A stretch of DNA of 63,043 nt, filler included, from Octopus bimaculoides (taxonomy: Eukaryota), in assembly GCF_001194135.2 (NCBI RefSeq). It is 4 parts of 4 records of this genome, joined end to end, with 100 filler letters (N's around TTAATTAATTAA, not from the genome) between each part and the next. Parts side by side here need not be neighbours in the genome. Positions count along the whole stretch, not along the records: positions 43,049 to 55,846 come from NC_068993.1; positions 55,947 to 63,043 come from NW_026363677.1; 2 more parts are not named here. The stretch is one strand, 5' to 3'. Numbering within the stretch: position 1 is the stretch's first letter; the number at the start of each line of letters is the position of its first letter. The notes beneath the pieces were generated by a model, which saw only the letters and a list, made by a program, of their open reading frames with translations, ran no database searches and was not told the origin of the DNA. The translations under genes were made by a program, and so were the position numbers. Positions 48,970 through 61,264 of this stretch are shown here, piece by piece.

Positions 48970-50720
48970 GTTGACGGGGGCAATAATCAACAATAAATGG
49001 TGGTTCGCCCTGAAAAAGGTTGATTAAGATAGAATTGATAAAGTTTAGCAAAGGGCTAGCAGTAGAAAAAAAAAAACAGAGTAGAAGCAGAGCTAGTCAA
49101 GAAATTAGATGAAGCTTTTAGAAAAGGCATCATCACCGACGTGCTTGCAGCGAGATTGGCACTCGACCAATTCTTCAACACGAAACACGAAGGTTGCGTT
49201 ATAAGAGCTAAGGTACGAGCACTTAGACACGAAGGGACGAAAGCCGTTCAATGGGCACGGTATGGCAATAACTCCACGATCGCCGGACCACGACGAGTAA
49301 ATGATAATTGATCCGAAACAGATCTGTGCGAGCNNNNNNNNNNNNNNNNNNNNNNNNNNNNNNNNNNNNNNNNNNNNNNNNNNNNNNNNNNNNNNNNNNN
49401 NNNNNNNNNNNNNNNNNNNNNNNNNNNNNNNNNNNNNNNNNNNNNNNNNNNNNNNNNNNNNNNNNNNNNNNNNNNNNNNNNNNNNNNNNNNNNNNNNNNN
49501 NNNNNNNNNNNNNNNNNNNNNNNNNNNNNNNNNNNAAATCGCATGGTTTGGATGGTCTGCCTTATCAACTTTATGATTACATGCCAGACTTGTTCGGTGA
49601 CCTCTTACCAAACGTTTACTGCAGCTGACAACATAATGGGAGAATACCCAATTTTGTGTGCTGAGGAGTGGTGGCGTTACTGAGAAAAGACCTGAACAAG
49701 GGGGATTATATAGACAACTTCAGGCCTATAACTCTGCTGAATGTAGAGTTCAAAATATTTGCCAAAGTATTAGCTATGCTTGTCCATCCACGACAAGCTC
49801 TATCTCATGCGATACATCATTGAGAAAGTGGCTAAAGAACCTGGCACGGGTGGGGCCCTGATCAATTTAGATAAGTCTAAAGCTTTCCATAGGGTCGACC
49901 ATCTATACTTGTCAGCAGTCCTCAAGGCAGCTGGTTTCGGGCTTGTATTTTGGGGCTGGATCGCTGCAATGCACAGCAGCATCTATTCAGTGGTCAGAAT
50001 GAACGGTCACCTCTCAGAAGCGTTCAACACCATGCGCTCGGTCCGGCAAGGTTGCCCCTCTCGTCACTCTTGTACGTACTAACTCTTGAACCACTACACT
50101 TCAAGCTGGAGACGTCGAGGGGCATCTCGCGTGACTTAGGATGTGGGAGATGCGTGTCGGCATGTCCCGATGACGTCACCGTAGTGGTAAGGGATCATAA
50201 ACATGGAAATGATCGGCACCGCTTTCAGGGAATACGAAGCGGTATCAGGAGCGACTATTAACCAAGAAAAATCAGTGGGCTTGCGGCTCGGTACCTTGAG
50301 GGGCAAGTTCATGCCGTCCAACTGCGTCGTTGGGCACTGGATAGACGGACCGGTTAAATTGCTCGGGTTCTGGTTTGGTCCGGACCTCCAGATGGACAAA
50401 AACTGGGGACAAGGTAACGATCAGGGTGACTAGTCTCACACAGAAATAGGCCGAGAGGAAGCTATCCCTGAAAGGTCGGGAAGAGATGACCAACGCGTAC
50501 ATGGCGTCCGTCATCTACTACCGCTTGACCGTCGAGCCTTGTCCCGGCCACCGTCTGATTACATTGGAGCGTATACTCTTCCGCTTCTTGTGAAAGACCG
50601 CGTTCCGATGGTCAGGCAGTCTATCTGCTGTCAACACCCGCTGAGTGGTAGCCCGGACATACCGTGGTTGATGATCCGCAGAGATGTGCTTAGGCTATGA
50701 CAACTCCAGTGCTTGCTTGA
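48969..50720 (+). mobile_element. Tx1/L1-clade LINE ORF2 fragment (RT), 5'-truncated, spans gap 49334-49535
   Basis: NFRPITLLN, LINLDKSKAFHRVDH, RSVRQGCP, CPDDVT (YADD relic), GATINQEKSVGL and LLGFWFG, with many frameshifts. Confidence 0.85.
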
Positions 50721-50839
50721 CGGTGAACAGACGCGTATTTCTCCAACAAGTTTTTTAACAGTGCTGTAGTCCTGGGAAAACAGAGACCGAGACTAACAAA
50801 ATTTAAAAACCAAACAAAGAGAGAAATCAACAATGCGTA

Positions 50840-53800
50840 ACCTTCAAAACGGAGGACACGTGCGAGGAGACCTTGGCCAACATTTTGAACTCTGCATTCA
50901 GCAGAGTTATGGGCCTAAAGTTGTCGGGTCTTTTCTCAGCAACGCCACCGCTCCGCGGCTCACAAAACTGGAAATTCTCCCATTCTATAGACAGATACAG
51001 TAAAAATTTTGCTAAGAGGTCGCCGAACAAGTCTGGCAAGTAAGCGTAAAGCTCTTTGGACAGACCATCCAAACCACACGATTTAACCCTCGTCCAGCTA
51101 GCCATTGCTTTCTGTGTTTCAAAAGCTGTAATCGGCCATTGGCAGCGCTCCGTATCCGTCACCCAGAGCCGCGGCAGCCCGTCGAGCTAAGACGTGAAAT
51201 CCATCCTCCGACACGGCTCACTTCTGCTCCCGAGCATTTGAGCGAAACGCCACTAAATGGCCGCACACATCTGTCTCGGATCAGTTATCATTTGCCCCTC
51301 GTGGTCCAGAAAGGATCGGATCGTGGATTTACTGTCACGCCGTGCCTCCGCCACTCGTGTCTAAGTGCTCGTGCCTTAGCTCTGACAACGCGACCTTCGT
51401 GTTTCGTGTTGAAGAATTGGTCGAGTGCCAATCTCACTGCGAGCACGTCGGTCTCTATGCCCTTTTGTAAAAACCTCGTCTAACATTTTGACTAGCTCTG
51501 TCTCTACTGTTTCTTTCTACTGCTAGCCCTTTGCTAAACCTTATCAATTCTATTCTAATTAACCTTTTCAGGGAGAACCACCATTTATTGTTGATTATTG
51601 CCTCCGTCAACGTCCTCTTAACTAGTTCACTAAACCGGTCGCTGAAAGCTTTACGCGCCGGCAACGACGTATTCAGCTTTCAGTAATCAGGTTTCTATCT
51701 ATAAAGCCTATCTAAGTCGACTGTACATATCACGAATTTGTGGTCTGTTTAGTCGACTACTTTAAATTGTGGACAACTTATGCTATCCTTATCTGATACC
51801 CTACAGAAAGCCCTATCTAGATACGATCTGGATGACCTGATGTCGTTTGACCTGGTCCACATTTGCACATTCGGAAAATCCACTCGATACCTGTCAGATT
51901 TTTGATATCGTCTAGCAGGTTTGTGAGGCTTTTGCACTCTTGTCTCCCATCTGCTAACCTAAACAGTTCCACCTTAAATCTAAAACACCATTCCAATCCT
52001 CCACAAACACTAAACAGCGAGACGTTCGCAGGAAAGTTTCTAGACGTCTGAAGAAATCTGGTCTTCCTGACCCTGTCGGGATATAGACGTTAACTAGTCT
52101 GAAAGTGTGTTCTTCGCTGTCAGTCACGTCCAGGACCACCGACATACCTTCCGAATCCAGGACGAACGATCGTTTTGTTAGATCCAGATTTTCCGAACTA
52201 TCACGGTGACTCTACCTCCCGCTCCCGGACGACTTGGAGATGTGTACACCTCATTGTCACCGAAAATGTGTTGGAAATCTCGTGAGTCGGAAATTTTGGT
52301 TTCACTAATGGCCACCAAGTCGACATTTAGGTCCCTGAGGTCGTTCAGAAGTGACCTCGCTCCAAAGCGACCGCAGGCTCGTACATTCACGCTGCCTATT
52401 CTGTACACGACCATGATGTGGGAAAATGAAATGAAAAGAAAAGGAAAACTTACTTGGTTTTGTTTATAGAGACGGATTGTCCGTCCCTCTTGTTTGCCTG
52501 GGGTGTTTCCAACAGTAAATCACCAAGAATTTTCTTGGTGATACTCCCTCGAAAATTTCCGATTTCCTGTGGGAATCGGGTTTTTAAGTATGTGTATGTG
52601 TTTTGTGTTGTTTAACTAATTTGTATGTGTGCAGGTAGGGAGATTGTGAGTGTGACAAAATCTTTGGGTGTAATGTTTGTATGTGTTATTATGTACTTCA
52701 TTAATTCATTTTTTTTGCACTTATTGTCATGTAGTTTGTAATGTTAGTGGTGGTGGTGGTAGTGGTGGTGGTGGTGGTGGTGGTGGTGGTGNNNNNNNNN
52801 NNNNNNNNNNNNNNNNNNNNNNNNNNNNNNNNGTGGTGGTGGTGGTGTGGGTATGGTTGTGATTATTGTTGTTGTGGTTGCGTATGTGGGATGGCTTGTG
52901 TTCAGGTGTTACAGGTGGGAGTGTCGAGTCAATGTTTGTTTTGGATGTACTTGTTTTTGTTTTGATTTTTTTCTTTCTTCTTCATGTGTGGATGAGGATT
53001 GTTGTTGTTTGTCCATATGCCTGTTTTTTTTCTGTCTCTTTTCCATTTTGGTTTTTAACTTCTACTCCTCATCGCGGTCCGACTCCACCTGTGATGTCCA
53101 CCCGCTATGCATCAGGAAGTGGAATATCTTCGGGCGTTGAGAAATGTTTGGAGAAACTCGGTGTCGATATGGTTATTGGTGTTGGTGCTGCTACGCCTGA
53201 ATCTGCTAATGGTGATGGTGCTGCTGCTGTTGTCGCTGGAGTTCTGGTGGCCGTTGTTGATGTAGGGCGGGGAGGCTTCCGGCTCTCTTTTTCCTTCAGT
53301 CTAGGGCAGCAAGCCCGCTGCTCTAAATGGTTAGTTGAAAAGCAAACGTGGCTTTCCTTCCTTCTACTGGAATTATGCTGCCCTCAGGAAGAAAGATCTG
53401 GTCCGGGATGAGATCCACATTCTTTTGTGCTGTTTGTATGAGGAGTTCTATGGTCATCCCGGACCAGTTCTCCTTTTTGGTTTGATAGGCTTCGAATATT
53501 TTCGTGTTTTCCTCGATATCTATCGTTACTGCAGCAATTAGCCAAAGAATGGCTATTTCTGGCGGCACCTGTTGAATTATTGATTTTGGCCAATCTTTGG
53601 CTACAGTAGAGAGGAACTAACAACAGCTCCTCACTTTTAAGAGGATTCAGAGAGTGATGTTTGGTTTTTTCCTCGGTGCGGAATCGAACGTCCACCATTC
53701 CATAGGCCCCTCCTCTCTGTATATACTGATTTAGATTCCAGATGGAACCTAAAGAATTTTGTGTATGAGCCTCTGTGGCACTTCGCACCTTGCTTGATTT

Positions 53801-54520
53801 TAAACCGATTGTACAGTACGTCACTGTGCAGCGTATTGAATTCTGGATTGTTTTGGGGCAGTATTTAACTTTACAGTTATTCCGTCGACTAGCTGTCTAG
53901 CATTTTAAAGTTCCTCTTCAGAGAATTGTATTCTCTGAAGAGATGACTTGGTTGCTCCAGCGAAAGAAAGTTTAGAAGAGCTAATCCAAGTCGTTGCATC
54001 GGTTTGTATCTCAGTCCTTCATTGTTTTTGTCATTGCTGTTGTAGCTTTTGTTGCTGTCGTTGTTGTTGTTGTCAACTTTGTTGTTGTTGTTGTGGTTGT
54101 TGATGGTGCTGCTGATGTTGTTGCTGTTTAAATTATTGCTATTGTTGTTACTTGTACTCAACACGTCCGTTGCTTCGCTCACGGAAGGGCTCTCATTGTT
54201 TGCATTTTCAATAATTGCTCTTCTTATTTCGAACAATGTAGTAAAAAACGGAGCCTTTGCTTTTCCGAAGATCTTCTACGAGATCCTTCTCAAAAAAATT
54301 GGCACTGTTGTCCTTTTTTTTCGACAAGAATACAGCTATTGTCTGTTCTTTTTTCTATCCCGAAGTCGCTTCACATGCGTTCTCTCTCACTGATGTTTGG
54401 TGCCGCTCCTCACTCTCTCACATATGAGTGTCACCGTGTTTGTGTTTTCTCCATGTTGGTGGGGAAAACGCAAACAACTATAATTAAAAAACAAAATCAA
54501 TTGACTTGTCCCTCAAAACT
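50840..54520 (-). mobile_element. Tx1/L1-clade LINE: putative 5' UTR, ORF1, APE endonuclease and start of RT, 3'-truncated
   Basis: APE motifs IGSVNVR..AISETK, RLVNVYIP, DWNGVLD and YLDR. RT start GLDGL..NFRPITLLNAEFKMLAKV. Upstream ORF1-like frames at 53300-54240 end in VEGRK plus a degenerate knuckle. The 5' boundary is uncertain. Confidence 0.8.
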
Positions 54521-54599
54521 GGGGCACAAATCAGGAAAATAAACTCGCCACAAGACTGCAAATAACTTAAATATATTATTTTGCGTTTTTTCCTCATAA

Positions 54600-54643
54600 A
54601 ATCTACGGATCGAGGTCAAGCGAGACTTGTCATGCTGACGGCC

Positions 54644-54690
<47 letters not shown>

Positions 54691-55360
54691 GTTGTCGTGT
54701 ATGGTTTGCGCTTCCCCAACCAAATCCTTGACGACAAGCACCAACCTCTTCGCTAACACCTTGGCCAAAATCTTAAACTCTGTGTTGAGCAGAGTTATGG
54801 GCTTGAAGTTATCTATGTCCCTCTTGTTTTCGTCTTTCCTTATCACGTAACTACACCCCGGCTCACAGAACTGGGAATACTCTCGTTCTGCTGCCTGTTA
54901 CAGTAGAGCGCTTCGAGATCACAGAAAAGTCTGGCATATTCACGTAAACTTATAGGGCAGACCATCCAAATCGTGCAGCCGACAAGGGCATCCTGAATTT
55001 CGATTAAAGTTATCTACCTTTCACAGTACTCAGCATCGGCCGTCGAGAGGAGTGGAAAGGTGCTATTAAAGCCGCTTTCTTCGTCTCTGCTAAGATGCAT
55101 CTGAAATGTACCGTTCTTCCCTCCACTGCTTCGATGTTCTCTGCCGGGACAGTTAAGTTGGCACAGGTTTGCTCGTGTTTGATGAGTTACCAGGCTTCAG
55201 CCAACTTTTCAACTTTGTTTGTGAGGTCTAGGTTGAATCGTGGTCTCATTTTGGCTGCTGCCGCTGCGAAAGTGTCCAGTTCAACTTGGCTGTTCTGTCT
55301 TGCGGATAATCCGCTGTTCTTTTCAGCGGACGGACGGTTTTCATTCGCTATCTTTGATAT
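54600..55360 (-). mobile_element. Third Tx1-like copy, internally deleted, interrupted by (TAA)n at 54647-54688
   Basis: ORF1-like VEGRTVHFRC is joined to the RT start (LDGLPY.., NFKPITLLNTEFKILAKVLAKRL..TIHDNL). Confidence 0.7.
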
Positions 55361-55589
55361 TGGGGAAAAGAAAGGGGTGTTTTAAGCCAAACAAATTCCC
55401 AAAAGGGGCTACAAATGGGAAAGAACTAACCAGTTCCCCAAGGTCCTGGTTTGTTTAACTAAGTAAAAATAACTAATGTACAATGTAAAACAATGTTTAA
55501 CAATATGAAAAACTTATGCAAAACTTATGCAGCGATGTGCGACAAGTGTCGATAGATGAACAATAATAATAATAATAATAATAATAAAA

Positions 55590-55846
55590 CCACAAAACTA
55601 TAGACCTATAACCTGTCTCCCTACGATCTACAAAGCCTTTACTGAAATAATATCGCAGAGATTGAGTAAACACCTGGAAAATAACAACCTGTTTCCAGAA
55701 GAGCAGAAGGGATGCTGCAAGGGCTCATACGGCTGTAAAGATCAATTATTGATCAATAAAGCCATAACTGAAGACAGCCGCAGAAAGAAGAAAGGCCTCA
55801 GTATGGCCTGGGTGGACTACCAAAAGGCTTTCGACAGTGTTCCCCA
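55590..55846 (+). mobile_element. R4/Dong-like RT fragment with an open frame, 5'-truncated, continues into gap 55847-55946
   Basis: PQNYRPITCLPTIYK..EEQKGC..GCKDQLLINKAI..LSMAWVDYQKAFDSVP has no stops. It starts directly after (AAT)n at 55562-55588. Confidence 0.88.
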
Positions 55847-56659
55847 NNNNNNNNNNNNNNNNNNNNNNNNNNNNNNNNNNNNNNNNNNNNTTAATTAATT
55901 AANNNNNNNNNNNNNNNNNNNNNNNNNNNNNNNNNNNNNNNNNNNNAACTGCTTACAAAAATAGGGATTAATATATAATTTCTTTCTATGTTCATAGTTA
56001 AAGCTATGTTTTCATGATTACACACAGGTCCAATAGAATAGCTCTCACAAACACACAACATACAAATTTGTTCTTCAGGAGTTTTTAAACTACATAACAG
56101 GCAGAATTGTCGGATTAAGACAGTAGGGTGTTTTGAGGAAAGATTTGGCTGCTATTTCTACCAGGTCTAGCTACCATAAAGAGGTCTGATCTTAATTTTC
56201 ATTCACATATTTGCATTTCAAAAATTAAACATAATCTTTTCCATAAATTAACTATCGTAAAAATTTTCTACGATGACATTTTCTATGTATGTGTGTGTAC
56301 CTTAAAAGACGTATATCATCATGACACACATTCACTCACTCACTCAAACTCTTTCCCACCCTCTTTCTCTCTCACATACACACATACACACACACACACA
56401 TACGCACACACGTCCATTTCATATATCTTTCAATTTCTGCTCTGCAAATAAAATTTTTTACGGATACAACTGCTTACAAATATAGAGTTTAATGTATAAT
56501 TTCTTTCTATGTTCATAATTAATGTTTTAATGATTAGAGTGAGGTCCAATAGAGTGAGCTCTCAGAAACAGACAATGTACAAATTCGTTCTTCACAATTC
56601 CTGAAGCTATTTTCTGACAAGGAGGGGGAAGTCAGGAAATTTTCATACAGCTGGAGGCT

Positions 56660-56740
56660 CAATTGAAACAGGGGACCCGATATGATAAGGTTGAGAAACG
56701 CTGTTATAGATTATGCCTAACCGAAAAGGATCATGGCCAC
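56660..56740 (+). mobile_element. Possible Penelope-like GIY-YIG C-terminal relic
   Basis: YDKVEKRCYRLCLTEK resembles the Y..C.LCL.EK motif of Penelope endonuclease tails. The match is very short. Confidence 0.3.
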
Positions 56741-56780
56741 ATCATCCAAACAGACTGGGTGAAACCGGGCTTAGCTGCTA

Positions 56781-56812
<32 letters not shown>

Positions 56813-57403
56813 NNNNNNNNNNNNNNNNNNNNNNNNNNNNNNNNNNNNNNNNNNNNNNNNNNNNNNNNNNNNNNNNNNNNNNNNNNNNNNNNNNNNNNNN
56901 NNNNNNNNNNNNNNNNNNNNNNNNNNNNNNNNNNNNNNNNNNNNNNNNNNNNNNNNNNNNNNNNNNNNNNNNNNNNNNNNNNNNNNNNNNNNNNNNNNNN
57001 NNNNNNNNNNNNNNNNNNNNNNNNNNNNNNNNNNNNNNNNNNNNNNNNNNNNNNNNNNNNNNNNNNNNNNNNNNNNNNNNNNNNNNNNNNNNNNNNNNNN
57101 NNNNNNNNNNNNNNNNNNNNNNNNNNNNNNNNNNNNNNNNNNNNNNNNNNNNNNNNNNNNNNNNNNNNNNNNNNNNNNNNNNNNNNNNNNNNNNNNNNNN
57201 NNNNNNNNNNNNNNNNNNNNNNNNNNNNNNNNNNNNNNNNNNNNNNNNNNNNNNNNNNNNNNNNNNNNNNNNNNNNNNNNNNNNNNNNNNNNNNNNNNNN
57301 NNNNNNNNNNNNNNNNNNNNNNNNNNNNNNNNNNNNNNNNNNNNNNNNNNNNNNNNNNNNNNNNNNNNNNNNNNNNNNNNNNNNNNNNNNNNNNNNNNNN
57401 NNN

Positions 57404-58176
57404 NTGAGGGAACCTGTGGAAGAGGCAGCCCCAGGAAGACCTGGGATGAGGTGGTGAGGCACAACCTTCGAACATTGGGCCTCACCGAGGCAATGACTTC
57501 TGACCGAGACCTTTGGAAATATGCAGTACGTGAGAAGACCAGGCAAGCGAAGTGAGACCTAAATCCAAAGCCTCTGCCAGGGGTGTAGCCAGCCCACTTA
57601 TGTGCACCTTCCTTCATTGGACACTAAACTCCGCTTGCGAAGACCTGCTGAGGCAAGTGAAATCGAAATCAAACTAAATTCGACAACTGGCACCCATGCC
57701 AATGTCGTCTCCTTCATTGGACACTAAACTCGGCTTGCGAAGACCTGTTGGGGNNNNNNNNNNNNNNNNNNNNNNNNNNNNNNNNNNNNNNNNNNNNNNN
57801 NNNNNNNNNNNNNNNNNNNNNNNNNNNNNNNNNNNNNNNNNNNNNNNNNNNNNNNNNNNNNNNNNNNNNNNNNNNNNNNNTGGCATGTGTAAAGACATTC
57901 GAGCGAGATAATTGCCACTGCTGCTGGACTGGTTCCTGTGCAGGTGGCATGTAAAATACACCATTTTGAGCGTGGTCGTTGCCAGTACCACCTGACTGGC
58001 CTTCGTGCCGGTGGTATGTAAAAGAACCACTCTCGGAGTGGTTGGCGTTAGGAAGGGCATCCAGCTGTAGAAACTCTGCCAAATCAGATTGGAGCCTGGT
58101 GTAGCAATCTGGTTCACCAGTCCTTAGTTAAATCGTCCAACCCATGCTAGCATGGAAAGCAGACTTTAAACGATGA

Positions 58177-58180
<4 letters not shown>
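57404..58180 (+). mobile_element. RTE LINE 3' end with complete 3' UTR and (GAT)n tail
   Basis: EGTCGRGSPRKTWDEVVRHNLRTLGLTEAMTSDRDLWKYAVREKTRQAK*. The UTR has an internal direct repeat (ccttcattggacactaaact, twice) and then the common SINE-like tail. Confidence 0.88.
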
Positions 58181-58215
<35 letters not shown>

Positions 58216-58239
58216 TTAATCCTTCCTTCTAAACTTTTT

Positions 58240-58445
58240 GGGAAGTTTACCACTTGCAAGGAAACTGGTAGAGTATCCGGCGTGGTCTCGCTAATTCTTG
58301 TTTACATGACTTTAGGAGGACAGCTGGGAAACCATCGGGGCCAGTTGCCGGATTTGAGCTTATTTCATTTATGGCCACTATTACATCTTCCTCTTCAATG
58401 TCAATGTAGGTAATGGATGCAGTCCTTTTAGTGGTGGCCATCGTC
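58240..58445 (-). mobile_element. CR1/L2/Jockey-group LINE RT-proximal fragment
   Basis: DVIVAINEISSNPATGPDGFPAVLLKSCKQELARP (GPDGxP motif). Confidence 0.65.
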
Positions 58446-61231
58446 TGTGGTGGTCATGGATAGTGGTTTGAAAATAAACAAATTTGGGAGGGGCACGGGA
58501 GGAAGTCTTTCCAGTGTCTTGTTCAAGAATACAATGCATCGCCGGGAATTGAACTTATGACATTACGATCGTGAATCGAACGTCCTAACCACTAAGTCTT
58601 AAGAGGCTGTGAGAGATTTCAGAACATTTATTAAGAGGTCTTTATATATATACATGGATATATGTTATGTGAACGATAATATTTTGAAAACAAAAGTGTT
58701 TAATATTCAATTTCATGAATGCGTGAAACTGATAAAGTGAATACAAATAACGATAAAACTTGGTAGTTTCATTTTGATTAAACTACCAGCGTCTGTTCGC
58801 TTGATTTAGTATCTGTGACTATCAAGCACTCCAAACTTTTCTTTCCCTAGCATGAGCGACGGGATACACATTGCGTTTTATTATATGAAAGATAAGAAAA
58901 GATGCTTTCATTAAATACGTTTCATCTTTACATACGAATCACAAAAGCACGTGTTTCAAAAAGAGAAAAAAAAATCACGCGCAAACTTCCGGCATGTTGA
59001 AAATGGTTAGATGAAATTCGTCAAAATTTCGATCGTAAAAACTGCGTAATTTATTTAGTTTCACTTTCTCAAACAGGATGGGCTTATTACCTTACTATAC
59101 TTTCTGGAAAAATATAATTTACGTAATTAACACAAAAAAACTACACTTCTAAAGAAATTTTCGGAAAATTCGTACCTGGGGTATAAAACCGAAATAGATA
59201 ATTCAATTTTATCTAGCATTGTTGAAAATATGACATTTCATACTTCGAAGGGAGAAGTCTATCAAAACTGAAAGTATTTGTTCGGTAATTTCCGTAAAAA
59301 TGTGTTATTTCTTTAATTTTTTTCAGCTGTATCGCTGTTTATGTGTGTATGTATATTTGTCTGCGTAAGCATATCTATGTATTTGTGTATGCATGCGTAT
59401 AACATACACATACAGTATGCCTTTTTTTTTGTAGGTATGTGACATACCTACAAAAAAATTCTTTCGAAGAAATTCTATGAAAAGTGAAACTATTTGTTCG
59501 GCAACTTCCGTAAAATAGTTTCATTTTAATTTTTCAGCTGAATCGCTTATGTTTATATGTGTGTACGTGTTACACATACATACATGCTCATGAACACACA
59601 TACACAAAAAAAACAATACGGAAACATAAGCGATTCACCTGAAAAATTTTAAAGAAATAAAAAAGTTTTACGGAAACTGCCGAACAAAACAGTTTCACTT
59701 TTAGTAAAATTTCTCCGAAAGATTGCCTAGTAAAATATATAATCATAAGCGATTCAGATGGAAAAAAATTCAAGAAATAAAATTATTTGTGCACGCTGCT
59801 GTTTATAATTTTGTCTTAAAATGTTAATGTTTCAAACGGCTCGAAAAATATCGTTTAACCATTCAAAAAAACTTTCATTAAGTCAAGCAAAGTAGTTTCC
59901 ATTGAAAGTAGATTGACAGGGTTGCAGTAGAGGACCATTATATTGAAAAGAGACACGGGGTAAAGGGCACACAAGCATCCTCCCTCCAAACATATTTAAT
60001 ACAAAAACAGAGTAATTGCGAAGCCTCACAATCTCTCACAGCGACGCCCCATACATAATATTACTAATAAAATATTTCACTCTCGATCAATTGCGAACTC
60101 TTCACACAAAAGCTCGACCAAAACTCACTTTAGAGTATTACTCACATCTAGGAGATAGTTCTACTACTACCAACACACAAATAAATTGAATTCAAAAGAA
60201 AGCCACGCGATTGATTCATTCACTATCTAAAAAACGCAGTGTATGAGAATAATGCCTTTCAGGGTTAACGATTTAAATCAACACACGAGAGCTTGGAGGG
60301 TACCCAATACTCACAATTAACATTTTTTTCATCCGAATCAACTGTCTGCAATTATTTCTTTACCAGCTTTTCTCTTCCTTTCACTGAACTGTCCTATCAT
60401 TGTAAAATTGCAACACCTACTACAATTCTCTACATGTTTACTTTTTCGTAGAAACATCGACCAAAAAATTCTCAAACAGAACATCAACATCAATCCGTTC
60501 ATTTGCGAGGCATGGGGAGAAACAAAAGGTTTGATTACACTTCGTTTTCTATCGTATGTAAAGCAAAAAGAAAAACAACTTACCAATAGCAAGTCGTGCT
60601 GATTTACTTTGCTGACAAAATTAGCAATTCTGATAAATTTGGTACTAATATTTGTATTAAATTATTCAATTTACTTTCCTTCCTTTCAAGATAATTTGTT
60701 GCTCCGTTGATGGAATTCTAAGAAATAAAGATAAACACGGATGTGAACATGTTTCTTCCGCTTTAAAAGCATCAACTTCCGCTGTGAGAGGAATAATAAA
60801 TCGAACTCAACTTCTCTTTCGACTGATACTACAAATCTACATTTTAAAAGCATAAGACTGTGGTAAGAGCTTTGGGGAAAATATTTTTCAGTATTTGTCC
60901 CGGAACTTTATGTTTAATTTTTCGAGATCGATAAAATAAAAGATTAAATGAAGTAGGGCCGATGATACTGTCTTATCCTCTCCCTCAAAGCCGCCGGCCG
61001 TGCACCTAAATGATAAGTCGTTATCAATATATGAATAGCAATTGCGTATTAAAATGAGGTCGATAAATTCGATTATCCTGTATGTGTGTGTGCTAGTTCT
61101 GCGAACAGCAACGGGCAGTGTTTACTTTTCTTTATATGCCATTTACTTCCTTACACACCCCGTCATTCCTATACTCATCTCAACCAACACTTTACCACTT
61201 ATATATATATATGTATTTATGGATATGTATG

Positions 61232-61264
<33 letters not shown>

